A stretch of 64,000 nt of DNA from Candidatus Obscuribacteraceae bacterium (GCA_044226015.1 JBGAHS010000004.1:576001-640000), one strand, 5' to 3'; shown: positions 8,385 to 18,931, counted from the stretch's first letter. The notes: a model not told the origin generated them from the letters alone. Translations and numbers: made by a program.

Positions 8385-11078
8385 CTATTCAGTAAGCGAT
8401 TTTACAAGTGTTTTTGTTTTGCCTGAGCTCTTGAGGCTCTGCAGAAACTCGATGCAATTAGTGCTGAGCTCGAAATTGTATTCTGATTTTATTTCGAGAA
8501 ATGTTTGAAGTAGCTGAGGCAAGTCTCTGTGTGCTGTTGTTGGTTTGCTCTCAGGTGCTTGCTGCAAGACTGCATCTAGCAAACTAAATACAAGTCTTGC
8601 GTGGCGCTCTGATGCTTTTGCTATTTCAGCGTAATTACTTGCCCATCGACGAAGAATAAGAGAGCTTGAGTTGTGAAACAAGGTTCTAAGAATCGTTTTG
8701 AAGGTATCAAAGTCAGCTTTGCCATCTTCAATAATTTCAATTATTGCGTCTTTCGCTGCAATTGTAAGTTCATTATCGTTAGTGCCAAGTGCGAGGCAAA
8801 TCATCAATAGTCCCATTTCTGTGATTTGCCTTGATGGGTCGAAAAGCGTCCTGAAAAATTGTTTTGTTAGCTGATCATTCTTTTCGAAAAATGTCAGGCG
8901 ATCCCCTAACCATTGCACAGCCATAGCGTAATGCAATTCGGGAAAACGTGGCGCCATGATGCCGTGCATCGTTATTTGAAGTGGATTGGTGGCGACGCTG
9001 GCGAAAAGAAAGTTTGAAATAGATTGCTGCATTACGCCTGGCATTACTCTGTCCTCGTAAACAGCCAGAGGATGCGGAGTTAGCCGAATAACTTCATAAA
9101 TGTACGTGTGTGATTTCGCTGTTGTGATCTCCCAGCTGAAGCCAATAGTATGGAATGCTTCAATCTCTGCAAGTATCGAAATTGCCTTCTCGATTTCCGA
9201 CTGCGCTTTAGCTGAACAGCTCTTACTAATTTCACGAATCTGCTCAACTATAGTTTCTACTCTCTGTCCCTCATCAAAGGTACATCTCATCAGTGCCCTG
9301 CAGACGTCTTGTTTGTCGATAGAATCATCTTCTTTAGCCTCCGCGTACTGGGCGAGTCTGCGGAGAAAAGTGCTTTTATCGAGCCATCCGAATTCGTATT
9401 CCGGTGTGGACAAGACAGGCAAAGCCACGTTTCTTTTCAGTCTTCCTATAATTCTTTGAAGGCTCTGTTTCGCCGGAGCGTCAAAAGACTCTTTGTGGGT
9501 CCAGCTGCGTTCCGGGATATCAGCGAGGTTCTCGTACTCGCCCGTTACCCAGAATATTATTAGCTCGGTGAGGTATAGCAGCATCGCATTCTCGGTGCGT
9601 TTTGCGATTGATTTTGCTCTTTTCAGAATTGAAGAAGTTCGCGAACTGAAATCATTCATGCGCTCAAGTCCGAGCCTTGAAATACCGTCTATGAGAAGCT
9701 CGTAAACGCAAGGATCTTGTGGCGATTCCAAAAATCTGGCGATTTCAAAAACAAGATCGTCCAGTGTGCCTATGGGGCTGAGTTTCTTTCGCTCAATTAG
9801 GCTTGATTCGCGTGGGCTAGCTTGTGCCGATGTTTGATTTCTTGCCGCGCCGCTCTCTGTTGAGTGCTCAGTCTCTGTGTTCGGCGGTGTAAAATCGATG
9901 GTCTCGTCCTTGCTGTGTTCGTCGCGTAAGGGCTTCGGTATCTGGTTTCGCACACTCGGACAAATTGCCTGAGACTGCTGTTTGAACGCATCTATTAAAA
10001 GACGGTCGTTGAATTTAGCATGTGTATCAAGCAGTTGAAAAACCTTTGATTGCACCTCAGGAATGCCTGTGAAAATGGCTTCAGTGCTTTTTACACAGAT
10101 GTCTTGCTTGATTGAGGGCTCGCTTTTGCAGAGCAGCTCGAGAATCTTCAAAGCGTTTAAAGATGCTGATTTTGATTTTGCTGCCAATGCCGGACCTATG
10201 AACTCAGAGACGGAGTAGTACTTTACCTTGTTTGCTTTTGTCAGGTCTAAGATAGCCTTAATCGCAGATGATACTATGGGTGGTATTGGGCTGCTCAAGA
10301 GCGCCTTGTACTTGTCTAGAAGTTGCTCTCTCTCAGCCAATGTAGGTTTCATTGCTTCATGAAACCTCATGAACCATCCCAGCCGAAATTGGTTCCACTC
10401 TCTAGTCTGTGTTTGCAAGCTTAAATCTAATAATTTCTCTCGTGAAATGAACCCTTCGTTTGACAGCGTAACCAACACCGCTTCCCAGGTTTCATTGGCA
10501 TTTGTCAGATACTTGTCTGAGCCAGCAAGGCAGGTCTCCGCTGTTCCCTCGAATTCAAATAGCCACCATACATCTTCATCAAGAAATGTCTTGTCATTCT
10601 GTAATTGGGCTTTCAATCCATCTTGGTTTTTGTTTGTCCATGAGTAATGCTGTATAAGCGCAATTACGTATGCGTTCGTTTTTGGCTTTTTCGCCAATCC
10701 CTCGGCATCGACTCTTCTGATGGCGTCAAAGAGCCATGAATTATTTTCCAGTGCCAGATCAATAAAGGTTGGCAGCTTGTCTGTGGGGATAGCTCTTATA
10801 AAATCAAAGTCAAAGTGTTCTCTTGAAATGCTCATGGGAAGCAGTTTTAACTGCTTCAGTTCTGCTATCGTGTATACGTGGATCGCACCGACAATGGCTG
10901 AAGTCGTTTGCTCTTCAGTGCCTTGCATGCGGTTGTATTTTTTTAAACACGTTTTCGACAGCGCTGCAAGCTTTCGTAGCTCACTTGCAGGTGAGGAACT
11001 GAGTTCGGCTTGTAAGGTTTTATAATCGCCAGCTTCTATCAGCTGTTTGAATCTCTCGTCAGTTATGCAGGTTTGCAA
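8385..11078 (-). CDS. DUF6493-like helical-repeat protein
   Basis: 897-aa ORF. DVWWLFEFEG, W...L..LS.EG.ISREKLLDLSL, WF..FHE.MKPT..E and PVLSTP..GWLD resemble DUF6493-family proteins (recognised from memory, not searched). Confidence 0.65.
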   Translation of the reverse strand: MQTCITDERFKQLIEAGDYKTLQAELSSSPASELRKLAALSKTCLKKYNRMQGTEEQTTSAIVGAIHVYTIAELKQLKLLPMSISREHFDFDFIRAIPTDKLPTFIDLALENNSWLFDAIRRVDAEGLAKKPKTNAYVIALIQHYSWTNKNQDGLKAQLQNDKTFLDEDVWWLFEFEGTAETCLAGSDKYLTNANETWEAVLVTLSNEGFISREKLLDLSLQTQTREWNQFRLGWFMRFHEAMKPTLAEREQLLDKYKALLSSPIPPIVSSAIKAILDLTKANKVKYYSVSEFIGPALAAKSKSASLNALKILELLCKSEPSIKQDICVKSTEAIFTGIPEVQSKVFQLLDTHAKFNDRLLIDAFKQQSQAICPSVRNQIPKPLRDEHSKDETIDFTPPNTETEHSTESGAARNQTSAQASPRESSLIERKKLSPIGTLDDLVFEIARFLESPQDPCVYELLIDGISRLGLERMNDFSSRTSSILKRAKSIAKRTENAMLLYLTELIIFWVTGEYENLADIPERSWTHKESFDAPAKQSLQRIIGRLKRNVALPVLSTPEYEFGWLDKSTFLRRLAQYAEAKEDDSIDKQDVCRALMRCTFDEGQRVETIVEQIREISKSCSAKAQSEIEKAISILAEIEAFHTIGFSWEITTAKSHTYIYEVIRLTPHPLAVYEDRVMPGVMQQSISNFLFASVATNPLQITMHGIMAPRFPELHYAMAVQWLGDRLTFFEKNDQLTKQFFRTLFDPSRQITEMGLLMICLALGTNDNELTIAAKDAIIEIIEDGKADFDTFKTILRTLFHNSSSLILRRWASNYAEIAKASERHARLVFSLLDAVLQQAPESKPTTAHRDLPQLLQTFLEIKSEYNFELSTNCIEFLQSLKSSGKTKTLVKSLTE

Positions 11079-11149
11079 AGAAGGTACCGCGAATCCTGGG
11101 GTTTCGTTTTTTTTATACCCAAATCAAAACTGAGTTTGAAACCTAATTC

Positions 11150-11596
11150 TTATGATGCGACACAATAAAGTTCTCTGATAATTGAATTGTCAGGAAAGCG
11201 CGGGTCAAGCACGACCGTTGCTTCTTCGAGCAATTGGTTGTCAGCCAGATGAACAAGCACATTTTTTTTGTACTCTCTTCCTTCAAACACATAACTGTAT
11301 TCGAGGCGTGTCGTTTGAGTGATAATTGGACCACCACTGTCTTTCACGCTTGTAATCGTGGCTTCAGCTTCTTCTCCATCGCTTAGCAGGTGTTCAATCC
11401 AGTAAATCTTCAATCCTAGAGCTACAAGCACGACGATTCCGAGCAAGAGCCCGACCATGTCTGTAACTAGGCACCCTGCAACCGAACCCAGAGCCATGAG
11501 CAGCGACCCCAGGAGTGTACCGAGGGCGGGAATGGCGATCGAAAGGCGTGCCAGTGGCTCGCTCTTAATGAGCTTCCACAAAGAAGTTTGATACAT
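11150..11596 (-). CDS. Membrane protein (2 TM helices plus a DUF3592-like C-terminal domain)
   Basis: Two hydrophobic helices, then G.EAEATITSV...LEYSYVFEGREY...V.LDP..PDNS. The ORF extends to 11683; ATG 11596 is the more plausible start. Confidence 0.6.
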   Translation of the reverse strand: MYQTSLWKLIKSEPLARLSIAIPALGTLLGSLLMALGSVAGCLVTDMVGLLLGIVVLVALGLKIYWIEHLLSDGEEAEATITSVKDSGGPIITQTTRLEYSYVFEGREYKKNVLVHLADNQLLEEATVVLDPRFPDNSIIRELYCVAS

Positions 11597-11768
11597 TCGT
11601 ACCTGCCGTAAAAATGCAATAGTAAGGTTTGCTGATGTGTCTATTGTTATAGAAATTTGTGGAAAATACGTGTCGAAAGTCATGGTCTTTTAAATAAAGT
11701 AGGGAACAATATGAGTTGAACTTGCTTGCTTTTGATCACGTTTGAATTGGCAGAGCGCGGAGATTCCA

Positions 11769-12134
11769 ATGAAGGTCTTGCTAATTGAGGAAGATGACGA
11801 CGTAAGAAGTGTCGCCATGCTAAGTCTCAAGTTGATTGGCGGGGTTCAAGTCGTCGAAGCTGATGGCAGAGAAAAAGGCATGCAGCTCGCCCTCAGCGAA
11901 AAGCCGGACGCTATATTGATGGACTTTTTGAATTTTGAAGCAGACGGTGTTCCTGCTATTTCTGAACTGAAGAGCAATCCTGAAACTGCTGATATTCCAG
12001 TCGTATTTTTAACTACTCGCTCTTTGAGTTCTGATGCAGACATCATGCTTAAGCTCGGAGCTAAAGGCATTCTACACAAACCTTTTGACCCCATGACTCT
12101 TGCTAGTGAAATTCGGGAAATTATAAGGCAATGA
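11769..12134 (+). CDS. Single-domain response regulator (CheY-like receiver)
   Basis: KVLLIEED, PDAILMD (phospho-acceptor Asp), IPVVFLT, KPF. Confidence 0.92.
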   Translation: MKVLLIEEDDDVRSVAMLSLKLIGGVQVVEADGREKGMQLALSEKPDAILMDFLNFEADGVPAISELKSNPETADIPVVFLTTRSLSSDADIMLKLGAKGILHKPFDPMTLASEIREIIRQ

Positions 12135-13279
12135 CTGAACCCGCAGAAACTCAAGCGTCAATGAAAATGCGCATTTTGAAAATCGCCGTATTAAACATCC
12201 TGGTTCCTGGCATTGGAAATATTTTTCTCGATTCACCCCGACCGCTCAATATTTTGGGATTTCTTTTGGGAATCTGGGCCACTGTGCATGGAATTGGTTT
12301 ATGGCTAACGGTTTCAGCGATAATGACTTTGAAGGCGTATATTGATGTCTGGTTAGAACCTCAGCGTGCCAGTCGATATATCGCAGACGCAGCCACACCA
12401 GAATTTGGCAAGCAATCAGAATTATCAACGCATCCCCATGCGGTATCAGATTCGGTGCAGAATTCCGCTGGCGGTGAATTTGGTTTTGATAGATTGGCTG
12501 GGGTTCAAGATTCAGACCATCTCTTGCGTGATCATTCAAAACAGCACGCTGGACTTGCTTCCAGTCCTGAGCAAAAGTCCGTGCATTTGCCCGAGCATGA
12601 ACCATCAGGGCATAGAGTAAGCGATCCGGCCGATGCGTATTTCGAGCAAAGCTTGCCGGTTGCACATGTTAGTCATCCCCACTGGCACCCACAGTCTCAT
12701 TTAGACTCCGACGCGGAGCACTTGTCTCATGGAACAGCGCAGCCACTGACTGAGCATATGGAGCCAAAAGGCTCTGTGCCAGGAGTTCACAAGTCAGGAA
12801 GTCCAAGTTTTGGAAATCACGACACGCAAGTTTCCCCGCATCTCTCTCATGGAGCGGCCCAGTCTCTTTCTGAGTTCACGCAGCATAACGAAAAGTCACA
12901 CCCTCACGAACATGTGGAACATCCGCATCTGGTCAACGCTAATAAGCCCATTGAGCCGCTCGAAAATCACACTGCTGAGCGTAATTCGAGTCTTTCTTCG
13001 GAGCAGGGAGAATTTGGGACCATTTACGACATTTATGATGATGCTTCTTCCACAGCTGACATTGCTTCGCCTGTTGAATCTGGAGGCAAGAATGAGCATG
13101 TTTCGTCAGCGTCTGAGAATAGTGCTCCTCATTTGCTAGCGGTGGATCAAATTGGTATGACTGGCATTCAGTCAGGTTTCAAGCATGTGGAACTCTGTCC
13201 AACTTGTCAGAAACCGCGAGAAGGACGACGCCCCAGTTGTCCGGCTTGCGGTACTCATTTTGATACAGATAATGACTAG
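12131..13279 (+). CDS. Membrane-anchored His-rich protein with a C-terminal zinc ribbon
   Basis: N-terminal TM region (LNILVPGIGNIFL), long His/Ser/Pro-rich linker, C-terminal CPTC-x10-CPAC; 4-bp ATGA overlap with the response regulator. Confidence 0.75.
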   Translation: MTEPAETQASMKMRILKIAVLNILVPGIGNIFLDSPRPLNILGFLLGIWATVHGIGLWLTVSAIMTLKAYIDVWLEPQRASRYIADAATPEFGKQSELSTHPHAVSDSVQNSAGGEFGFDRLAGVQDSDHLLRDHSKQHAGLASSPEQKSVHLPEHEPSGHRVSDPADAYFEQSLPVAHVSHPHWHPQSHLDSDAEHLSHGTAQPLTEHMEPKGSVPGVHKSGSPSFGNHDTQVSPHLSHGAAQSLSEFTQHNEKSHPHEHVEHPHLVNANKPIEPLENHTAERNSSLSSEQGEFGTIYDIYDDASSTADIASPVESGGKNEHVSSASENSAPHLLAVDQIGMTGIQSGFKHVELCPTCQKPREGRRPSCPACGTHFDTDND

Positions 13280-13381
13280 TAATTTCGCTATAATTTAGAT
13301 TAGTCGAGCAAGTACTGAGGAATAAAGTAAAGAAGCTTTCTGCTGGACTTTTTCCCCATGGTCAAGTCGGGACAATAAACG

Positions 13382-15052
13382 ATGGCATTTTCGTCCGAGA
13401 TCGAGCAACATTTGAGCAAATCTGAGCAAAGTGTCAGCACTTCGCATTTTGCTCAAGCAGAAAGAGAACTTAAGAAGGCAATAAATCTGTACTCGGCAGA
13501 GGCGGACGGGGACATATTCAGCAGCGATTTTGCCCGGCTCTTGCTAAAGCTTGCGGCTGTTTATTCGCTCTGGCCGCGAACGGCTAAAGCTGAGACGGCT
13601 TACTTCAAAGTAATTGAAACCCTGGAACAGGCTCCTGACCCTGACTACGAACTACTCTGTCTCTCATTAAATGGGCTGGCTGAGCTATACATTTCTGTCA
13701 ATAAGCTCGCCCAATCGGTGCCCTTGTTGGACAAAGCTCATGTGATTTCGCAGGAATGGCTTGAGCGACAAGATGAGACTTCAGTGCAAATCATGCGCAA
13801 CTTTGCACATGTTTCGTACAAGCTCAATAAGCTGTCACAGGCAAAAACTATTGGCGAAAAATTATTGCAGGCACAAGAAACCGCATATGGTGCGAGGCAT
13901 CCTATGTTGGTTGAAACTCATGAACTTCTCGGTGATGTGAAACGAGCGCAGCGTCAGTTCGCGTCTTCAGAGAACCACTTTAAACGTGCCCTTTCCATTG
14001 ATGAAACCTCCAGTGGTGCCCAAAGTGAGTCTCTAGCAAGATTGATGCGTAAATACGCCGGCTTGCATTGCGATAAGCAAGACCATACTCTTGCAAAACC
14101 GCTACTGAAGAAAGCCCTGGCAATCAGAAAAGCTCTGCGAAAACCTCAAGACGAGGAATATGCAAACGCTTATTTGCAACTCGCTGAAGTCTATTATGTG
14201 GAATGCAATTACGGACCGGCAGAATTGTATTACAAGAAGGCTGTGGCAATTCGAAAGAAGCTTATTGGTGCGCATACGCTAGAGTATGCAGATTCTCTTT
14301 GCGGCATTGGTAAGCTCTACGCCGCAATGAAGCGTTTTAGAGAAGCAGAGAACAATTTGAATAATGCCTTGCAGATTCAAATTGATTTGCTTGGTCCTTA
14401 TAACAAAGAAGTGGCAGCAACTTTGAACAAGCTAGCCGGCGTCTATATGTCACAAGGTAGGTTCAACGAAGCGAATCTGATGAAAGACCAAGCACTCGCA
14501 TGTCAGGTTCAGCATATGCAACTGACTGTCGATGACTTTGATCCCTTTGATCGCGCCGTGCTCTATCACAGCCAGGGCGCTTATAAAGAAGCAGAGGAAT
14601 TCTATTACAAGGCTTTAGCGAAAGTTGAGCGAAACCTTGGTACCGACCATTTTCATCTTGGCGAAATCTTGACAAAAATGGCAGAGCTCCATCGCTCATT
14701 AAATCGCATGGATAAAGCAGAACTGCTACTTTTGCAAGCCTTAAAAATATTCGAGCGCATGCAACATCGAGCGGTTCTCAGCACTTATGCTGTTTTGGCG
14801 GACCTCTATGTTTCGCAAGAGCGCTATGAAGAAGCTGAAAAGTTGTACTTAGCCGCACTAGCACTTCTTGATGATGCCATTGGCGTCAGGCAGAGCGATC
14901 AACTTTCAATAATGGGTGGTTATGAAAAGCTGCTGATCATTTCAGGACGAAAGACTGAAGCTGACAAATATCGAGCAAAGCTACGAAGCATAGTGAAGAA
15001 GTCCAAGAACTTTCAATCAATCATTCAAAAGACCGTCCGACCCGAGGTCTAG
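13382..15052 (+). CDS. Tetratricopeptide-repeat protein (kinesin-light-chain type)
   Basis: Many ~42-aa repeats, e.g. ATLNKLAGVYMSQGRFNEA and AE.YYKKA.AIR...LG..H. Confidence 0.9.
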   Translation: MAFSSEIEQHLSKSEQSVSTSHFAQAERELKKAINLYSAEADGDIFSSDFARLLLKLAAVYSLWPRTAKAETAYFKVIETLEQAPDPDYELLCLSLNGLAELYISVNKLAQSVPLLDKAHVISQEWLERQDETSVQIMRNFAHVSYKLNKLSQAKTIGEKLLQAQETAYGARHPMLVETHELLGDVKRAQRQFASSENHFKRALSIDETSSGAQSESLARLMRKYAGLHCDKQDHTLAKPLLKKALAIRKALRKPQDEEYANAYLQLAEVYYVECNYGPAELYYKKAVAIRKKLIGAHTLEYADSLCGIGKLYAAMKRFREAENNLNNALQIQIDLLGPYNKEVAATLNKLAGVYMSQGRFNEANLMKDQALACQVQHMQLTVDDFDPFDRAVLYHSQGAYKEAEEFYYKALAKVERNLGTDHFHLGEILTKMAELHRSLNRMDKAELLLLQALKIFERMQHRAVLSTYAVLADLYVSQERYEEAEKLYLAALALLDDAIGVRQSDQLSIMGGYEKLLIISGRKTEADKYRAKLRSIVKKSKNFQSIIQKTVRPEV

Positions 15053-16001
15053 CGCTGAGCCGCGTACTTGATGCTGTCATGCTATTCAAGTTGTAAACAA
15101 CGTCTTCGACGCTTATTGAATTCATGCAGCGATTCTCTACCTGACAGTGCAAATTTGTCCAGTAGTCGTAGATCTTTTTAGCATCATCTTCTTTGTAGAA
15201 AACAGAGCCATTTGGTGTGAAGGCAAATTCTTTTGCAGTGCATTCACGTGAGCATGCATTGGCAATGAGGTATTTTGCGTTTGGTATTTTTCGTGCAAAG
15301 AAACTATTTTGTCGCATCATTCCAATTGTTGGAGTTCCCTGGTGCGCTGCTAAATGCATCAAGCCAGTATCCACAGCAATGACTGCATCAGCAGAGCTTA
15401 CAATGTCGAGCGCATCTGAAAGTAGTGGCGTTGCAATCCATGGAATGCCGAGCTTGAATAGTTCTTTTAGCTGACTGTCAAAGTGTGGTTCACCCACCAT
15501 CAAGACTTCTTTCTTGAGGGCGCCAAGTTCCTCATACAAAGAGATCCAGTTATCCGTTTTCCACCGCTTTATTGGTCCTGCTGTTCCAGGAATAAGAACG
15601 ATTTTTCCTTCAGCTTCCTTTTTGCGAACAAATTGAAGAGGGCGGAGCGAACTCTGACCATCACTGATGCCGAAATCCGCACAGATCTTTCGAATCATGT
15701 CATCAATTTTTAAGCCCGGGTATTTCTCTTCAAATTCAGGTGAGCCCCAGACGAAGTCACGCTGTAGAGGGTGATCGCGCAGGTTTATAATTTCGCACTG
15801 ATTCTCTTGGTTTAGCCTGAGAAACTCTTCTTCCAAAATAATTGAGTGCAGCCCTGGTATTCGCTCCGCAAGACCATACTGAGCCTTAGAACGTAAAACG
15901 AGGCATACTTCTTTGCCTTCCTTAATCATTGCTTGCAGGGGAGGAAGCGAGACGACCAGGTCGCCTAAAAGTCTAGCAATTGGAGCGTAATAGACGGTCA
16001 T
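15021..16001 (-). CDS. Glycosyltransferase family 9 (heptosyltransferase-like)
   Basis: LGDLVVSLP, KRW..DNW, AVDTGLMHLAA.GTPTIG; its 3' end overlaps the convergent TPR gene by 32 bp. Confidence 0.88.
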   Translation of the reverse strand: MTVYYAPIARLLGDLVVSLPPLQAMIKEGKEVCLVLRSKAQYGLAERIPGLHSIILEEEFLRLNQENQCEIINLRDHPLQRDFVWGSPEFEEKYPGLKIDDMIRKICADFGISDGQSSLRPLQFVRKKEAEGKIVLIPGTAGPIKRWKTDNWISLYEELGALKKEVLMVGEPHFDSQLKELFKLGIPWIATPLLSDALDIVSSADAVIAVDTGLMHLAAHQGTPTIGMMRQNSFFARKIPNAKYLIANACSRECTAKEFAFTPNGSVFYKEDDAKKIYDYWTNLHCQVENRCMNSISVEDVVYNLNSMTASSTRLSARPRVGRSFE

Positions 16002-16189
16002 TGAGGTTTCCTGATAGGGGCTTATTCTAGCCCAGATTTGGCGCTGCTGAAGGTTCGCATCTTTAATTTGCCTAACTAGCCAGGGTTTGCTTTTTCATGT
16101 GGTTTTCAAATTTGCCTTCTAATCTTTTAGCACAAAGGCAACGCGGAAGGGTGAACGGCTTGTTCACAAAGCAATTTGGAGAGAGACTC

Positions 16190-16606
16190 ATGAAAAAGCG
16201 CGTAATATCATTGATGATTGCAAGTGCCAGTTTCTTTGTCACTGTTGGAGCAGCCAACGCAGCTGGTACCACTGCTTTACTAGAAGCGCAGCAATTGGAA
16301 TCGCAAGAGAAGTATGCGATGGCGGCGGCGGCCTACATGGCGATTATGGATGGCGTTGATTTTGTGCCTGGACAGAAACCCCTGAAGCTATCCAAAACTG
16401 AGAAAATCATTCTCGGGAAGTGTGCCGTAAGCTGTTTAGAGCAAGGGCTAGAGCGCTACAGCAGCGAAGGGATGCAGTCGCTAAGTGATTGCCCAGAATT
16501 GCCTCTGCTCTGGTCAATCACACGGACACTTTCTGTACTTGAACCTCAAAACAGCAGATGGACCAGTCTGAATGCTCAGGTAGCTGACTTGCTAGCTAGA
16601 AAATAG
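16190..16606 (+). CDS. Secreted hypothetical protein
   Basis: Signal peptide MKKRVISLMIASASFFVTVGAANA; RBS GGAGAG. Confidence 0.7.
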   Translation: MKKRVISLMIASASFFVTVGAANAAGTTALLEAQQLESQEKYAMAAAAYMAIMDGVDFVPGQKPLKLSKTEKIILGKCAVSCLEQGLERYSSEGMQSLSDCPELPLLWSITRTLSVLEPQNSRWTSLNAQVADLLARK

Positions 16607-16629
16607 GGTGTAAGAAACAGCAGCTATTG

Positions 16630-18036
16630 CTATGTTCCTGCCAGCGGACAACCCCTTGCTTTCATAATTTTCTGTAACTCAAGCAGGCAAGTATAAGTCG
16701 GCAAAATCCACAAGAGCTCATCTCCTTCGCACTTAGCTAAAGCAAGGTCAATTGCTCTATCGATAGATGGCTCGACACTTATCGCTTCCTGTGGAACACC
16801 GGCGTATTTGAGTCTCAACGCCATATCATAACAACGTAATCCACTCACCACAAACGGTCCTTCATTAGCAGCGAGTTGCTCAAAATCTGCGTCCCAGAGC
16901 CAGGACACGTCTCTTCCATCGGCATAGTTATCGTTTATCGCAATGAGGTATTTCCCGGATGGATCTGCAGCTGCGGCCTGCACCGCCTGTGATGCTCCTG
17001 CCGGGTTTTTGATTAACTGGATTAGAGCCTCATGCTTGCCTATTTTTATTTTTTCCGAACGTCCAAATAAGGTCGAATAGTGACATAGTCCGGTTCTAAT
17101 TTGCTCGATCGAAATTCCTATTTTGAAAGCCAGTGCTGCAGCCGCCAGGGCGTTGTAGACATTGAACATGCCTGGTAGAGGCAACTCTATCAAAACGGAT
17201 GCATCTTTGTAGCTGAGCTTGAACTGCGAGCCTGTTGCTCCCACTTTCACTTGCTCTGCGTAGACCTGCGGCTCTGGACGTTCATTGCCGCAGTCAGGAC
17301 AGCGGTAATGACCCAGCTGTCCATAAACACGCAGCGCATAGGTATATTCTTGACCGCATTTTGCGCAGTAGGACAGTTCTGTGGTGTTTGCTTCACTTAG
17401 ATTGTTGGCTGCTTCAACACCACATTGGGGCGAGGTCTCGAGGCTTTTAATCCCGTAGAACAGCCTTTCGCATTCTGGAACCATTTGAGCGACATTGGGG
17501 TCATCTGCATTTAGAACTGCAGATGACATATTTTGCAAAATGCCTTTCGAAATCAATCGAGCTGTGGTGTCCAATTCGCCGAATCTATCAAGCTGGTCGC
17601 GGAAGAGGTTTGTTACCAGCACGTGCTGTATTGGCATTTCCTTTGCCACCAGAGGTAGTGCTGCCTCGTCGATTTCAAACAGGCAATAATCGGTATCTAA
17701 TTTCCCCGACCAGGAAGCTGCATCCACAACGCATGCCGTTATTCCTGCCAGAAGATTCGCTCCCTGTCTATTGTGCACCAGTTTCAAACCTGAGCTGCCC
17801 AGAATAGATGCCACCAAACCTGATGTCGTACTTTTTCCATTGGTGCCACTGACAGCCAGGGCACCTCTGCGGGCTTGGGTGGCAAGATTTGAAAGTACGG
17901 AGCTGGAGAACTTTCGCGAAACCTTGCCGGGAAGGTTTGAAGCCAGCCCCAAATTCATCGCGCGAATTGCTTGTGCAGAAAGCTTTCCTGCAATTACAGC
18001 CATATTGTGACTCACGGGCAATCCCTTCTTAGTCAT
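16630..18036 (-). CDS. murT: Lipid II isoglutaminyl synthase subunit MurT (Mur ligase with DUF1727)
   Basis: SGTNGKSTT, NLFRDQLDRFGE, CxxC...CxxC zinc finger, LIKNPAG, NDNYADGRDVSWLWDADFE, PTYT. Confidence 0.93.
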   Translation of the reverse strand: MTKKGLPVSHNMAVIAGKLSAQAIRAMNLGLASNLPGKVSRKFSSSVLSNLATQARRGALAVSGTNGKSTTSGLVASILGSSGLKLVHNRQGANLLAGITACVVDAASWSGKLDTDYCLFEIDEAALPLVAKEMPIQHVLVTNLFRDQLDRFGELDTTARLISKGILQNMSSAVLNADDPNVAQMVPECERLFYGIKSLETSPQCGVEAANNLSEANTTELSYCAKCGQEYTYALRVYGQLGHYRCPDCGNERPEPQVYAEQVKVGATGSQFKLSYKDASVLIELPLPGMFNVYNALAAAALAFKIGISIEQIRTGLCHYSTLFGRSEKIKIGKHEALIQLIKNPAGASQAVQAAAADPSGKYLIAINDNYADGRDVSWLWDADFEQLAANEGPFVVSGLRCYDMALRLKYAGVPQEAISVEPSIDRAIDLALAKCEGDELLWILPTYTCLLELQKIMKARGCPLAGT

Positions 18037-18931
18037 TCAGGAAAATGTCATTTACTTTCGGGTTTACAAAAGCAATAAGGTCGTCGTCTGCAGCTTTCAA
18101 GGTCAGTTCATCACCTAGTGGGAATGGATATTCGATATGCTGCCCATCTATATACAGCGCGCCGGTCCTCATTTGCGAAATAATACGAATTGTTTGCGTT
18201 CGTGACAAGATGCCTTTTGTAAATGCAAAATGCTGACCCGGTCGTGTCCATGCTTCGCGCACGACGAATTGCCACTTGTGGTCAGTGATGTTGAGAATTT
18301 GCCCGCCTGCGGATTTGATGGCACCTGTAGAACCAGCTGGAGGTCCAACCCAGAGTCCGGAAGAGCGTTGCTCTTCCTCTTGCTCGTCGATCTTGATGAT
18401 ATATCGGCTCGTGCCCGCGGGGTTGCTGTGAGAGATCAGAACCTCATTCAAAACTCGTTCTTTCAGAACCTTGCCGTTCACTGTCAACTCAAGTCTTAGC
18501 AGCTTTTCTGGGCTGCGGGTTCCTGACAGAACTTCGTCCAGGTGTTTTGCAAAACTATCTTTGTTGGCAATGCAGAAATGACCAAAGCTTGAGCCTGGCG
18601 CAGAGTTGACACCGATTATCGGTGTCTGTTTTAGCGAATGTGAAGCATCAAGAAAAGTGCCGTCGCCACCAACGGTGATGAGCAGGTCGCAGTTTCGAGA
18701 CTTCTCGTCAAGTTCTGCTCTGTGACAGGAATCATATTTGATTCCACGAGTCTCTAGTTCTTTTGTGATCGTTTCAAGTGTGTCTACGTGCTGATCATGC
18801 GCAGACTTTACTTTCGCAACCGATGCATGACCTTCTTCAAGAAGCTTCAAAAAACGGGGCTCTTTGAATTCTTGAGCTTGCAATTGTAATGTAGTTTTCT
18901 TGAAGACAATGAGAACCTTGCTCAGCTTCAC
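18029..18931 (-). CDS. nadK: NAD(+) kinase
   Basis: GGDGT, LNEVL, SSGLWVGPPAGSTG..SAGG; overlaps the murT start by 8 bp. Confidence 0.9.
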   Translation of the reverse strand: MKLSKVLIVFKKTTLQLQAQEFKEPRFLKLLEEGHASVAKVKSAHDQHVDTLETITKELETRGIKYDSCHRAELDEKSRNCDLLITVGGDGTFLDASHSLKQTPIIGVNSAPGSSFGHFCIANKDSFAKHLDEVLSGTRSPEKLLRLELTVNGKVLKERVLNEVLISHSNPAGTSRYIIKIDEQEEEQRSSGLWVGPPAGSTGAIKSAGGQILNITDHKWQFVVREAWTRPGQHFAFTKGILSRTQTIRIISQMRTGALYIDGQHIEYPFPLGDELTLKAADDDLIAFVNPKVNDIFLND

